DNA from: the human T2T-CHM13v2.0 reference genome, Homo sapiens
NCBI RefSeq assembly: GCF_009914755.1
Contig: NC_060943.1
Direction: 5' to 3' (one strand)
Length of the DNA: 64,000 nucleotides
In this document: positions 1-16,241 of the stretch, piece by piece
Numbering within the stretch: position 1 is the stretch's first letter
How the letters are laid out: every line of letters begins with the position of its first letter
Program-made: the position numbers and the translations under genes
The notes under the pieces: generated by a model
The model's input: the letters and a program-made list of their open reading frames with translations, nothing else
Database searches by the model: none
What the model was told of the DNA's origin: nothing

Positions 1-441
1 GAGGTTCCAAGTGTAAGAGGGGAGGCAGAATTCAAAGGCAGGCATGTGTGACTCCAGGCCCAGGAAGCCCCAGCCTGGGGATCCCCAGCCTGCTGAATTC
101 ACAGAGCTTCAGAGCGGTCCTGGGTGCTGGAGGCAGAACAGATGGAGATGGGCCCAGTACTCATGCTGGAGAAAGTCCTCTGGACACAACTTGCCAGTCT
201 CATGCAGGTTTCCCTGGGGCACTCACTAAAAACAAGATTGGTTCTTCTGACATACCCTGAAGGTAGCCACTGCCAGGCAGCCTTCCCCAACTTATTTCCC
301 CAGTGGCTTCATTTCCCAGCTTCCACACCCACCACTAACAGCCTTCCCCTCTGAGAACTAGACTCACTGAAAGCGCGGACTGCGTTTTAAGTGGCTGTGA
401 CTCCCCAGGGCTCATTTTACCTAACAAAGGAAGAGATAATC

Positions 442-1597
<1,156 letters not shown>

Positions 1598-1954
1598 TTT
1601 ATTGTCATCATCAAACTCATCAATTAGTAACATTTCTTAGCTTTTAAAACCCTTTGAAAGGCTGATAAAAGCTGTTGGTTCTCCCCTCAAAATAAGCACT
1701 TATTAAACCCAGTGCTCCATCTGATTTCGGAGACGTCCTGTGCCGCCTGAAGCCCATCCCTGCACTGAGGTTGAGAACTCCTGATGCAGTCGTGGTCCTT
1801 CTTCATCGATAAGTCACTTCCGGCCCACAGGCTTGTCCTCAGATCACTCATGAGTTTCTGGCAGGCCAAGGATTCCTGCTTCCTAAAGTTTATTTAGAGT
1901 TCATGGTAGACACAGACTAAAAACCTACTCAAACTGGCCTCAGAAAAGGGGAAG

Positions 1955-2118
1955 GGAGACATAGTTTCAGTGTGGAATGATGGAAAAGCTCTGGAAGTGG
2001 ACGGTGGTGACAGCTGCATGACAACGTGAATGCACTTAAAGCTACTGGATTGTATGCATTAAAATAGTAAAAGTGGTAAATTTTGTGTTGCATATATATT
2101 ACCACAATAAAAAAAAAT
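1955..2118 (+). mobile_element. L1MB-type 3' end fragment
   Basis: GTTTCAGTGTGGAATGATGGAAAAGCTCTGGA..GGTGGTGA..ACCACAATAAAAAA typical of old L1M 3' UTR plus A tail. Confidence 0.75.
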
Positions 2119-2619
2119 TCAAAAAGGTAAAATAAAAGGAAGAGTACATTTTAGGGGCTGGAGAGTACACCAGGGAAGCTGCTGGCTGCTGGACCTCAGG
2201 AGGGAACGAGAACATTGTCACACTAACCCCTGCCCCTCCCCTGTGGCTTCTCCCTGTCCACTCTTCCAGCTTAGGCCCACATCACAGCTCTCATGCTTTT
2301 ATTCCCCTCCAGCAAGAGAAATATTTCCTCAGGCTGGGAGGCCACAGCTCATACCAAGACACAAACTCATTGGAGGAGGAATCTGATTGCTCCAAATTGG
2401 AGCTAACAATCCTGTCTTGGCAGCAGGCAAGAATCTGTTAATATAATCATGGCCACCAGAGAAGTGCCATCACAGGGGGAGGCAGAAGAAAGCAGTGTGG
2501 ATGCACATCACAGAAACGAAGCCATGAGACGCACCAGAAGGCTACACGCAGAGCAGCACAGATAGAGCTGAACCGTCTATTACCGAGTAGAAAGAGGAAG
2601 AAACAGAAGATCTAGGTGG

Positions 2620-2781
2620 GAGCTTCTCCAGCTTGAATCACAGAGGAAATCACTAAGGGACCCTCTTAAAATGCAGGGACTGCTTCCACAGATCAGAAGC
2701 AGGGCCTAGGACTCTGCATTTCTAACAAGCTCCAGGCGAGGCTGCTGGGGCACACACCACACTTTGAGTAGCCAGGCTTTA
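2620..2781. mobile_element. MER5-like hAT-Charlie remnant
   Basis: CTGCATTTCTAACAAGCTCCAGG..CCACACTTTGAGTAGC motif. Confidence 0.6.
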
Positions 2782-3563
2782 GAGCCCAAGCTCAGCTTTT
2801 GTGTAAATCAAAAATGCATGCCGGAAGCAGCTCTACCTAGTTTACAAGGATGCATGCATTCTCCAGCACATTACCAAACACAAGATGAGAAGCAGGGAAG
2901 AGGTGAGGGTGTGGAAGTGCAATGAGAATACGGGAAAGAGAAATCTACAAAATGGGAGAGGGATCTTGCCCCATCGGCCAGTGAGAGCACGCTGAGAGCT
3001 GAGGGTGTGATTAACGTGACTCGTACCCACAGTCCACAGAAGGAGAAGGAAGGGCTCTCATGTGATGGAGCAACTTCCTGGACCCTGCTGGCTTGGCAGG
3101 TTTCCTGGGCCAGCCCCACCGGCTTCCTTAAGGGACATTTGAAATGGTGACTTAGCTTTCACCTATCAGCAGATGGCTTGGTGAGGGTGGTGAGATTTAA
3201 AATCCACTGCCCCTGAACTTCCCACACACTTCCCACACACAACTGCATTCAATGTGTCTTTCCAGGATATAGAAAAAATATTTGCTTAGATTTATGTTAA
3301 CCATTTGATTTGCATGCACAACGCAAAAAAAAAAAATCAACAACAGTAATCAAGGAGGCTAATATGCAAATGTATCAAATCATCATCCCCAGAATTTTCT
3401 AATAAACAAAAGGCTGAGGAGCAACAGCCAGTGACGCTGGCAGAGCTGCAGGCGGGCCACAGCGAGGGGAGAGGGAGAGCCCCACAGCACAGCTCACGTG
3501 GCACAGAGCACATCACTAAATGGAAATGGTGTGATCCATTTCACCTGCCCCCAAAACACATGC

Positions 3564-3946
3564 TGCTATGGCTCAGCTGTGTCCACACCCAAATCTCACC
3601 TTGAGTTCTCATAATCCCCACATGTCAAGGGTGGGGCCAGGTGGAGATAATTGAATCCTGAGGGCAGTTTCCCCCATGCTGTTCTCAGGATGGTGAGTGA
3701 GTTTTCACGCGATCTTATGGCTTTTTTTTTTTTTTATAAGGGGCTCTTCTCCCTTTGCTTGGCACTTCTTCCTGCCACCTTGTGAAGAAGGTGCCTGCTT
3801 CTCCTTCACCTTCTACCATGATTGTAAGTTTCCTGAGGCCTCCCCAGCCATGGTGCACTGTAAGTCAATTAAACCTCTTTCCCTTATAAATTACCCAGTC
3901 TCAGGCAGTTCTTTTCTTTATAGCAGTATGTAAATAGACTAATACA
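3564..3946 (+). mobile_element. THE1 (C/D-like) MaLR solo LTR with 5-bp TSD CATGC
   Basis: TG..CCCAAATCTCA start, GATTGTAAGTTTCCTGAGGCCTCCCCAGCC core, ..GACTAATACA end; CATGC at 3559-3563 and 3947-3951. Confidence 0.92.
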
Positions 3947-4382
3947 CATGCTATCCAATAGATTAAAGAGACTGAAACACAAGTGTGTCCCCAAGACAGG
4001 AAGAGCTGGGAAAATAAAATACCTGACATGTGGCATGGTGCCAAGCGGAGGTCCCATGGTCTGCTTTCCCTCAAAAACTTTATTCCATCTCTGTTTCTCC
4101 ACTTTCACCCTATTACCTGGAGAGTGGAAAAAATGCTCCTTCAAACAAATCACTCAAACCAAGGAACAAGTTTTAGCTCATGGAGTCTCACTGATATTGA
4201 AATATGGGCCTATAGTTTGAATTGCTTACAACACACTGATTAACTCAGGACTAAAATGATTCATCATACTGTTGGTGAACTTAGCAGCTTAGCTTCTGTG
4301 TGTAGTAACTAGATTGGCACTTACTGAGCACCTGCTGTATGCTGGGCAGTGTACTAGGCACTGCAACTGAGGAAAAAAAGTA

Positions 4383-4903
<521 letters not shown>

Positions 4904-5532
4904 CTATCATGTGCCACCCACCTATCTATCTAGAGAGACAAGACTAACATATACAGAATAGATTAGAGCAACAAATTGTGTTCCTATACGTCCAGTGGAT
5001 CGACTTCATGCTTCAGGCATGGCTGGATCCAGGGATGCAAACAATGTCACCAAGACACTGCCGCCCACCCCCTGCTCCCTCAGAGAAGCTTCCTAGGCTT
5101 GAAGCTGTCATAGAAGGAAGCAGCCAGGAAGGAAAAGCAAAAAGAAGCGCTGGCAGGCCCCGGCTGGAAGATAGTGAGATGGGGGAGAAAACACAGAGCC
5201 CTTCTTTCTCTTGTGTCTCCATCAGTCCCTACATCAATTCTGCTTGGCTCTCTGGGTCACCTGCTCCTCCTGCACACACTAAGCACTGGGCAAGACTATG
5301 GCACTCTGGTTGGTCTTTCTGAATCCTGGACCCTTCCCAGAAGGGGAAGGGAGCTGCCTAATGGTCAGGTTCAACAAAGTCACATGGAGGGGCAGAGCAC
5401 AAAGGTCACTAGAGAAGAATCTGCTGGGCAGACAAGCAACACAATATGATTGAGAATGCAACAATATCACACTGGAGACATCACCATGGGTTGAAATAAA
5501 TTAGGCGAGAGTGGAGCGTTTCTAAAAATGCT

Positions 5533-5896
5533 TGCTGTAGACTGAATGTTTCTGTCTCCCCAAAATTCATAGGTTGAAACCTAATCCCCACTGTGATGGA
5601 AGCAAGAGGTGGAAACTTTGAGAGGTGATGAGGTCATGGGGCAGAGCCCTTATGATTGGGATCAGTGCCCTTATACACAAGGCCCTGGGAGAGCTTCCTC
5701 GTCCTGTTCTGCCACGTGAGGACACAGCAAGAAGCCGCCATCTGTGAAGCAGGAAGCAGCCCTCACAGACACCAAATCTGCCGGCCCCTTGACCTTGGAG
5801 TTTCCAGCTTCCAGAACTGCGAGAAATAAATGTCTGTGGTTTGTAGGTCACCCAGTCTGTGGGATTTCATAATAGCAGCCCAAGTGGACTAAGAGA
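5533..5896 (+). mobile_element. MLT1A-type MaLR solo LTR
   Basis: TGCTGTAGACTGAATGTTTCTGTCTCCCCAAAATTCATA start; CCAGAACTGCGAGAAATAAATGTCTG; ..GGACTAAGA end. Confidence 0.82.
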
Positions 5897-6092
5897 GTGG
5901 TAAAATTAAACACAGCAATTACACACATTTGGGGTCTCCCATATGACAGGCAAGTATTCTTTGTTATCAAAATCCAAAATCCAAGACTCAAGGGCTGCAG
6001 GAGCCATCTCTGCCCATCCCCCACGTTCATCTTTTGGCATCTGTCCCCCTCCTCCCATGGGGCTTACTTCTATTTTTATTATTTCTGGCTCT

Positions 6093-6460
6093 TACCTCAG
6101 GGCCCTTGCACTTGCTGTTCCACTTGCCAGGAATTCTCTTCCCTGCTTGTCTTAAAACTGATTCTTCTCATCCTTCAGTGTCCATAAGAAGTGTGGCTTC
6201 CTTAGGGAGTGTTTCTCCTTCCACCCTTGATGAGCTGGTTGCCCCCCTCCCTCACTCACTACTGAGTCCCCAGGGTGGGGAACGCATCTGTACTGACCAT
6301 TACTGCACCCCATTGCATAGTCCTAATGCACAGTAGAAACTTGATAAATGTTTCCTTCCTTCATTCAACAAATATTTACTGAGCACTGACGGTGTGCCAG
6401 GCATGACAACAAGTGTTTAAAATACATCAGTGCTCAAAACAGCCAAGATCCTCTACTCTC
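6093..6460. mobile_element. L2 fragments (both orientations)
   Basis: CTCAGGGCCCTTGCACTTGCTGTTCC and TTCATTCAACAAATATTTACTGAGCAC L2 3' motifs. Confidence 0.65.
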
Positions 6461-7356
6461 AAAAAGTGTAAATATTTTTTTCAAATCAATGACCGAGCCC
6501 GCTGACCAGAACCCCAGACACTGAGTAGCTAAGCAGAAAGCAGCTGCAAGGGCAATGCAGGTGAAGGGAAGAACAAGCCGATGGCCCAGAAGGCAGGATG
6601 AGAATCCGAGATCCACTCTCCATGATCTGCCATGAGTTCCACCAGAGGCCTGGCCATGCCTTGGTTTCCCCCAGCCCACAGCCTGAAAATAGCTCCTCGA
6701 AACCCTTGGGGTGTTATGGCCCCTGCTCATCCTCCTGAGGGCACAGGCAGCGAACTGAGAACCCCTGTGAATAGCACTCTGGAAAAGTCAAGTGCCCTCC
6801 ACCTGCTGAATCACACTTGACTTTTGCTAAAATCAAGACAATTACAAGATTGTTCCTGATCCTATTTAGTACGGCTGGATGGCCCTTGAGCCAAATTAGA
6901 GGGAGGATGGGCCTGGAATGAGAGAGGATGAGATAGGTTCCATGAAGCTCCCATAAGAATTTCACTCTTGAGGCGATGCCACAGCCCTGGCAGGCTGCAC
7001 AGAATAAAAGTCCACCTTGGTTAGATGCTTCACCTGTTTCTAAAGGAAACTGTACTCCATCATTGTTCAGGAACTTAAAGCATTCATTTAAAAAGTAATA
7101 GCAAACACTCAGTAAAAGCACACTTTGACCACCCACTCTTCAGACCAGGGCCCCACCCGTTTCAGAAATAACCATTCTTACCAAATTAGTGCATGCCTCT
7201 TCCAGAATTTTCTATGCATTTACATACACATGTATTGTTTAATTTTTTTCTTGGTTTTGTTTTATATAAATGAGTTATATTGTCATTTCGGTTCAAAAGC
7301 TTTTCTTCCTCTACATTACATTCTATCTTGAAAGTCTTATTAGTACATATATATGC

Positions 7357-7663
7357 TTTTTTTTAATTTTTAGAAATGGGATCTCGCTTTGTCACCCAAG
7401 CTGGAGTGCAGTGGTGTGATCATAGCTCACTGCAGCTTTGAACTGCTGGGCTCAAGCGATTCTTCCACCTCAGCCTCCTGAGTAGCTGGGACTACAGGCG
7501 AGCACCAACACACCTGGCTAACTTTTTAAAATTATTTTTTGTAGAGACAGGGTCTCAGCTCGCTATGTTGCTCAGGCTGGTCTCGAACTCCTGGCCTCAA
7601 GCAATCCTCCCACCTCGGCCTCTCAAAGCACTAGATTATAGGTGTGAACCACACTGCTCAGCC
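7357..7663 (-). mobile_element. AluJ within old antisense L1ME-like sequence (about 7150-7980)
   Basis: GATCATAGCTCACTGCAGC..CTGGGCTCAAGCGAT J diagnostics. Confidence 0.9.
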
Positions 7664-8734
7664 TGTCTATTCTTGTCAGCTTGTATGTAGTACTCCACAG
7701 TAACTTTGTCATTATTTATTCAGCATTAAATCATTATCTATTCCACTGTTAATAAACATTTAGCTTGTTTTCAGTTTTTCCAGATTCCACATAATGCTGT
7801 GATGGAGAGCCCTGTTCACACCTTCTCCCTAAGGTACTGCTGAGTGTCTTCCTAGAGCAGATATCTACAAGTGAAATCACTAGTTCACGGAGCACACACA
7901 GTTATTTTAACGTATGCTACCAAGCTCCCCCATCGTGGCTGGATTCCCCCTCCCACAGCCGAGCATGAGCATGTTTATCCCTCCCCTTAATGTTTATAGG
8001 GTCCTCTTTTTTCTCCAACCTAATTGATGTTTTTCCCTAAATCCCATCAGGCCTAGTATGACCATCAAATGCAGGGTGCCATTGGACAGCCCTGAGTAAG
8101 AACTGATTGCCAAGTAAAGGAAATCCTTAGACTGAATAGAAGAATTATCCTTCAATATTCCAATTTTTTCTCCAGGATCCATGACATGCTCATGGTCCAT
8201 CCAGAAAAGACATCCAATGTAGAAGACAGAGAGCTGGAGTAAGAGGAAGAAACAGAAGCAAAAACACTGGGAGAGCACACTGGCTTTGGGCCTTAGAACA
8301 GCGTGTGGCCTTGAGCATGGCTCTCCAACACTATGCATCCTTGTGTCCCATGTCTGAAACCGTCCCTACCTCATACACTTACCATAAGACTTGAAGAAAA
8401 TTAAAAATGCCAAAAATACCATACTGAGCTGCTGTCGAGGTTGTCGACTGCCTTAAACAAGAGTTCTTAAGCACAGTGCAAACCCCTTTTTAGGGATGAC
8501 TATTTCCACCAAAAATGATTGAGGAAATCCTTCCCCATCTCATCAACACAGGATGGAACTCAAAGTCATGCCTAGGCAAAGGATATTTGGTCACAGAGCA
8601 GAGCTGAGCTGCAGCCTCCCACGAGCATTAATGATTAAGTGACCAGCTAGTTGCTTTTTACACACTCCCCTGGAGGGCAGTGGGGCATCTCTGGACATGG
8701 CACTGATGGAAACCAAGCCCCAGGTGAATGTAGA

Positions 8735-8905
8735 GGAGTGGATCTCAGTGTTGGCGGTGCACTGGGATCACTGCGGGGAGCTTCATAAAAAAAGGATGCC
8801 CAGAGATCCAGATTTAATTGGTCTTAGAGGTGACGTGGAGGTGAGATTTTGAAAAGCTCCCCCAGTGATTGTGAAATGCAGCGAGGTTAAGAACCACTGC
8901 CTTAG
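8735..8905. mobile_element. MER5-like hAT-Charlie remnant
   Basis: GATTTAATTGGTC..AAAAGCTCCCCCAGTGATT..GGTTAAGAACCACTGCCTTA. Confidence 0.62.
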
Positions 8906-9904
8906 GGCAGTTACAGATATCAATTCTGACCATGCCCTTCAACTAAGAAGAAGAGCCGGGATCTGTATATTTCCTTTTTTTTGCAATTTCTTACTGTAAA
9001 AATTTTTTTAAAAGGAGAAAAAGTAGTGTCCTAACACAAGAGTCTCAGAATTGAGAACGTGTGAGACAAAGATAGCGTGAGACCAAGAGGAACAGTGGCA
9101 ATACTTGAACGAAACAGCAGAAGACAATGGTGAACCATGCCAGGCTAACTGCCTCCATTACACCCTTAGTAAAAAGGAAGGGGATGTTGTAGTTTGCTAG
9201 GCATAATTATATGTGACAATTTTGAAGTAGGGTTTAATATTTGACTTTAATAATTCTCAGTGAATTCCTTGTGTGTCATCAGAGATTAGAGTTCAAGGAG
9301 GCTGAGGCTACTGGAATTTGCAGGGCAGAGAAGCAGAAAGGAGAAACATACACCAAGAAAGGATTCCTCAAGTCTGTTGCTGAACAGTAAATTTCACTTT
9401 TGCGGAAAAAAAAAAAAAAAAAAAAACTCCATAAAACTAGGCATAGAGTGACCAGAGAACTATAAGTTTGACCATTCCTAGAGCTCACTCAGGGCTACAG
9501 AACCTTCAGGCTCCAACCAGGTGGGGTGGAGAGTCTTTGTTAATATCCAAGGCATTCAGTTAAGAGCCCAGAAGGATTCTGCAGTAGTGGCAGAAATAAG
9601 CTTGCCTGGGGAAAAGGCTGCTGTAAACGCAAGCCAGGGTAGCTTCACCAGTCCCAGAGGAATCCAAGTAATCCCCAGGGAGCTCAAGCTCAGGCACTTG
9701 ACTGCCTGGACTAAGTCAAACACCCTTTGAAGCAAGACAACTAAATCCAGCAATCAACAATGTAGATTCACCACATCCAGGGTTTCATGCAGAAATTACT
9801 ACACATAGGTAGTAGATATGTAAAATGACAAACATCATAAAATGTGAATTGCAGAATCAAGGTGGTAGGTATATGTCTTAAATTTTTTTTTATAATAAAA
9901 TGTA

Positions 9905-10207
9905 GGACTGGGTGCTGTGGCTCACACCTGTAATTCCAGCACTTTGGGAGGCCGAGGTGGGCAGATCATGAGGTCAGGAGATTGAGACAATGCTGGCTAA
10001 CATAGTGAAACCCCATCTCTACTAAAAATACAAAAAATGAGCTGGGTGTGGTGGCAGGCGCCTGTAATGCCAGCTACTCATGAAGCTGAGGCAGGAGAAT
10101 CAATTGAACTGGGGAGGCGGAGGTTGCAGTGAGCCAAGATCGTACCACTGCACTCCAGCCTAGGTGACAGAGTGAGACTCCATCTCAAAAAATAAAAAGT
10201 AAAAAAG
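9905..10207 (+). mobile_element. AluSc-type
   Basis: GATCATGAGGTCAGGAGATTGAGAC..CTGGCTAACA; near-TSD AAAA(T/A)GTAGGA. Confidence 0.92.
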
Positions 10208-10417
10208 TAGGAAAAACTACTACATAGGCATATAAAAGAGAAATATAACTAAAATAACTACAATAAAAGTTATTCAATAAAAACAGACTCAGCAATGACA
10301 GAGCCAATAGAGACAAGCACATAAATCAGCTACTATCTGTGCACATGTCCAGAAGCCATGTTAAGCAGAACTTGTTTTAAGTTGTTTATAATTTAAATTT
10401 GTGGATACATATTTTAC

Positions 10418-10715
<298 letters not shown>

Positions 10716-10729
10716 CATATTTTACTTTT

Positions 10730-11019
<290 letters not shown>

Positions 11020-12105
11020 TAAATACTTTTTTCTAAAAGAAAAAAAATGATTACAAAGCAAACAGAAATACTCTAACATTACCAATTGCAGGGGAGAGAG
11101 TCAAAGTACAAAAATGATTCACAAAGCAGAAGAAAATGAAAGTGATAAGCACACGAGGAAAATAATCAACCACACTAACATAAAACATTGTAAGTAGGAT
11201 AATATCAGATTAGTCAAGATTTTAAAATTCTGTGTTCAGTGCTGGTGACCATGTAAGAAGACACTGATCCACAGCTAGTTGAAGGTCCATTCTGGGTTCC
11301 TGTTTCCTGGAAAGCAATGCTTAGTGGGACGGGTAACTTCCTCATGTGACACAGCTGGTAGCAGTGCTGGCTGGCTGTGTTCCATGTCTAAAGTCGCAGA
11401 GGCTACACCAGGCTGGCACCGTGGTCTACAAACCTGCCACTCTCTATCACCTTTTTATTTATAGAGATGAGATGGGTCACTCTCAGACAAAAATAAGAGG
11501 CACAGTTGTGGGCCATGACAGAGCAGCAAGCAGGGAAGGTAGGTCCCCAGATAGCGGCCTGAGAGGAAGGACATACAGGTGTAGTGGCCCTAGCTTCACT
11601 CAGAAGCTGTGTATAAGTTGGGGGCAGAGAAAGGTGTGTGGCAGAGGAAGGCCCAGCTGCAGTGTGTTCCCCCAGGCAGCTCTGCGGGTTGAGGACACAG
11701 CCAGGTCAGTCCTTTCTGCTCCAACATCTCTCCCTAATCAAACCTGTTACTGGGGAACCTCAGTGACAGGCTGGGTTCTAGGTGCATCTGGGGACTGCCA
11801 AACATAACATGGCCTACCACTTGGGAGGAATGCAATATCTGATAGTCCAGTGTTTCCAAAGGTTGGCAACTGAAACAGAGAAGTTAAATAATTTGCCCAA
11901 GGCCACACAGCTGAGTCAAGGAAGTGGGGCTTGTTAGGCATTTCGGCCACCTGCAATCCACCTTCCAAATTGCATCCCTATCTTTGTGTCTCTTCTACTA
12001 TTATTTACCTTAAACAGTTTTAACTTGACTTTAAGTAAAACTACTTTCTAAAGATTTGGCTCAATAAAAAGGTTATAAGTTTTATGAAAAAAAATTAAGT
12101 TATAG

Positions 12106-12641
12106 TGATAGAGGTAGGAGGCAGCCAAATGCCTAGACAGATAGAGAAGGGTCCCCAGTGAAACCCACCTTCAAGTCTAAAACAGGCTAAGGACTGAAAG
12201 ACGGGACCGCTGGTTTTGGATGAAACCCGTGACCCAGAAGGAGAACTTCTGCCTCCGTTTGCCTGCCCTTTCCTGATTGATTCTTTCTGAATAATGCCTT
12301 TCAACCAATCAAATGTTGCCTTTTCCGATACTACCTATGGCTTGCCTGGGCATGCCCACCTGTGTTCTAGGAGAATGGGTGGAGCCACCAAGAATTCACG
12401 TCTTATGCAGGGGAGGAGCCTGGGCCTCTTCACCTCCTGTGCAGCAGCCCTGGCATTCAACTGTGAAGGGAAAACCTGCTTGGAGAGCCCCTGTCTTTGC
12501 TGGGAGCTTTCCTTTTGCTTAATAAATTCCACCCTCCTCACCCTTCAATGTGTCTGTGTGACTCATTTTTTTCTGGTCATGAGACAAGAACCTGGATTTA
12601 GCTGAATGAGGGAGCAAAAATCCTAAAAAAAAAAAAAATCA
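12106..12641 (+). mobile_element. ERV1-class solo LTR (subfamily uncertain, LTR9-like)
   Basis: TGATAGAGGTAGGAGGCAGCCAAATGCCTAG start; CCAAT boxes; AATAAATTCCACCCTCCTCACCCTTCAATG poly(A) region; ends ..ATCA. Confidence 0.75.
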
Positions 12642-14531
12642 TAGATGTATATTTTGTATATATTTAAATTCACTTTAAAGTAAATATATAACTATTAAAA
12701 TTTGTAAAAAAATCATCACACACACAACCAGCAGTAATTTTTGACACACTTAGGGGGCAAGGGCTCCCACGACCTCTGAACTATCCTGTGGGTATAGCTG
12801 CAGGGCTGTTTGTTCACACATGTGATGCGTGGCCTCTACTTGTTCACAAGAAACACAGTGAGAGGCAGACAATTTGCTCACTGTCAGCCTCAACTGGAAG
12901 AAGGCTCACTGCTGGATGCTCCTGTGTGGAAGGTTCCCCTCTCTCCAGGCAGGCAGGCAACAGATCCCAGCCCAACAGACAGCCCCCATGAGGCTCCAAT
13001 GCACCCTCGGCCACAGTATTGAAGGATGCTCTGTTTGGACCAGGGCCTCTAATTTCCCCTTCATGAGATGTGCCGGGTTTATGATGTCTCTTTCCCAGCC
13101 CCTTGACTTCCAAGCACTGCCCAAGGACCCCAACCTCCACCTCTCTGTTTTCTGCTTTTCAGAGTGAGAACTGTTCGCCCCTGATGGTGAAGTCTAGTGA
13201 CTGATCCAGAGCCTGCTTTCTGCAACCCTGCTGGGTGCTCAGATGTCCCTTCAGTTGTGTCCTTGTCTAAGCTGGAGACTAAAAAGCGGGACGAAGAGAG
13301 TCTTCCTCTCTCTCCTTTTTGTCCTCTCTATCCCCTCTGCTTCCTCTCTCCCCTCCTTCTCCTTTCTCTTCCCTCTGCCCTCTTCTCTCTCCTCTTTCTC
13401 TCACTCCAGTGTGTCTTAGGCCTATTTCCCAAATAAGAGTACCTGAAAGATGGCTGCTAGCATCTCAGGGCTGTCTGCATTATTCATTCTTCTACTCCCA
13501 ACCCTCTATTTATAACCAAGCCTTCTGGCATCTGAAATAATGAAAACTATCCTATTAGCAGCTTTCCGATGGTCTAGACTGCTCTTTGGAACATCCCAAA
13601 CACTTTTGTATTCAAGTTTCTCTTCTGACTACAGGTACTTCTCACTCTCCAAAATCTGACTGTCAGAGCTCAGGAACCAGCAGTGCCAGGGACACCCCTC
13701 CTTAGGTGAACCTCCCACTCTCTGAACCCTCAGGAACCAAACAGATTGAAGCAAGTTGCTTGCTTTTGTTGCCTGAACTCACCGTCCAAATTCTCACTCT
13801 CTGAATTTAGGACCTGAAGAGATGACAGCAAGGGACACTGTGTATTAAACTAACTCAGCTGTAACCAAAGCATCTGTCGACACAGTTCCACTGCAGCTTC
13901 CTCACAGCAGAACAACAGGGACCAAATTCTCACACAGCAACCCCCAAAGGCATTCTGGGACAGGCAGCATCCTTCAGAGGCTCACATTCTGGTCAGATAA
14001 GTTCGATAATGCGTCCGTGTTGAATGCAGCAGATGTAACCCTTCCAGCAGATTCACAAGGCCCACCAGCCCAAGCTGGGCTTCACAAATGCGAAGGTCTC
14101 TTTGCTGCAAGACTTTCTAGAGCTAAAATCTATTTGAACATACACCCTTTGTTCAAATAGCCCTTAATATCCGATGTATCTTGTATGCTTCCAAACACAC
14201 CCTTGGAAATCCAGATTTGGGGTGCATATGCAGATTCGTGGGTTTTAACTAGCACTTTGTCCTAAGACATAAGCCTGCAGTCACCACAAACCAGGTCTGC
14301 AGAGGGGTCCAGTTATCTGAATTTTCAAGATGTTTCCCTGGTGATTCTAAGGTATAGCTCTGGTTAAGAAGAAATGTTATCTGTGACATTTTGTGCACAA
14401 CAAGGACGTAAAGAAAATGAGTGCGTGTGGAGGCCGTTTGTGGGACTTCAGACACGTAACATATAACAGCGATAGAGTGAGATCCAGAATCTCTTGCCCT
14501 GAAAGGCAAAAGTCTTTTTTAAAAACAAGAT

Positions 14532-14915
<384 letters not shown>

Positions 14916-15069
14916 TCATTGCTAAGCTCCGAGATTCATTAGAACGAAAGCAGCAAGGCTCACCTACCCACACAGTCCACAGGAGACCCTCGCAGGGGAA
15001 AACCCTGATTCTAGACGTAGGTGGCACTTTCCTTAGTAATGTGACCAAGTGCACTTGATAGAGTGGTCC

Positions 15070-15882
15070 TGTTAGCAGCAGTGAATCCATATGATCTGAG
15101 ACAACTCAATTCTTGCCTCCTTAGAAGAATTTGACTAAGGGGCATAAGGTAGAGGGAGAGACTGAGGCAAGTTTTATAGCAGGAGCCAAAGTTTATTAAA
15201 AAGTTTTAAGGCAGGGGCCAGGTGCGGTGGCTCACACCTGGAATCCCAGTACTTTGGAAGGCCAAGGCAGGAGGATTGCTTTAGCTCAGGAGTTCGAAAC
15301 CAGCTAGGACAACATAGCAAGACACTGTCTCTATTTTTTTTTTTTTAAGTTTTAGAGCAGGAATGGAAGGAAGTAACATACACTTGGAAGAGGGCCAAGT
15401 GGGCAACTGGAAAGATTCAAGAGCACAGTTTGACCTTTGACTGAGGTTTTACACGTTGGCATGCTTCCAAGGAACTGCATCTCTCCTCTTCTGCTTCTTC
15501 CTTTGGGGTGAGCTGTCCGCATGCCCAGTGGCCTAAGCTCTTGGGAGGGGCCGCATGCACGGTGTGTTTACCAGAGCTGTGGCTGTGCGCATGCTCACTT
15601 GAGTCGTTTGGTCACCGACCGGTTAAATGCTATATTGCTTCTTAATGCACATACTTGAGCCCACCTGCCAACTCCTGAGATCTTATCGGGAAGCTGCTGA
15701 TCACCAGTTTCAGGTTTTTCTATCTATTGGGAGACTGCCTTTCCTTGGTACTGCCTGCAATCAATTATTATTTTAGAGAGAGACAGTGTAACAACCACCT
15801 GACCCTCACCTGCTGGTCGCCTGACATTCCTGGTGGGGGCTCTCCCGCCCTGCTCCTGTCTGCCTAACTACCTGCTCTAACA
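15070..15882 (-). mobile_element. MER50-like ERV1 solo LTR with 4-bp TSD GTCC
   Basis: Minus strand starts TGTTAGAGCAGGTAGTTAGGCAGAC; TG..CA termini; GTCC at 15066-15069 and 15883-15886. Confidence 0.8.
15216..15346 (+). mobile_element. Free left Alu monomer (FLAM/AluJ left arm) nested in the LTR
   Basis: Single monomer; 15-bp near-TSD AAGTTTTA(AG/GA)GCAGG at 15201-15215 and 15347-15361. Confidence 0.85.
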
Positions 15883-15926
15883 GTCCAGTGGGAGGAGGTT
15901 GGTCCTAAGCCCACTAGCTAGGGTAA

Positions 15927-16241
<315 letters not shown>

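Noticed and set aside
13141-13162. Strong polypyrimidine-CAG splice acceptor
   Set aside because: No matching donor or coding frame visible; a lncRNA exon cannot be supported without transcript data
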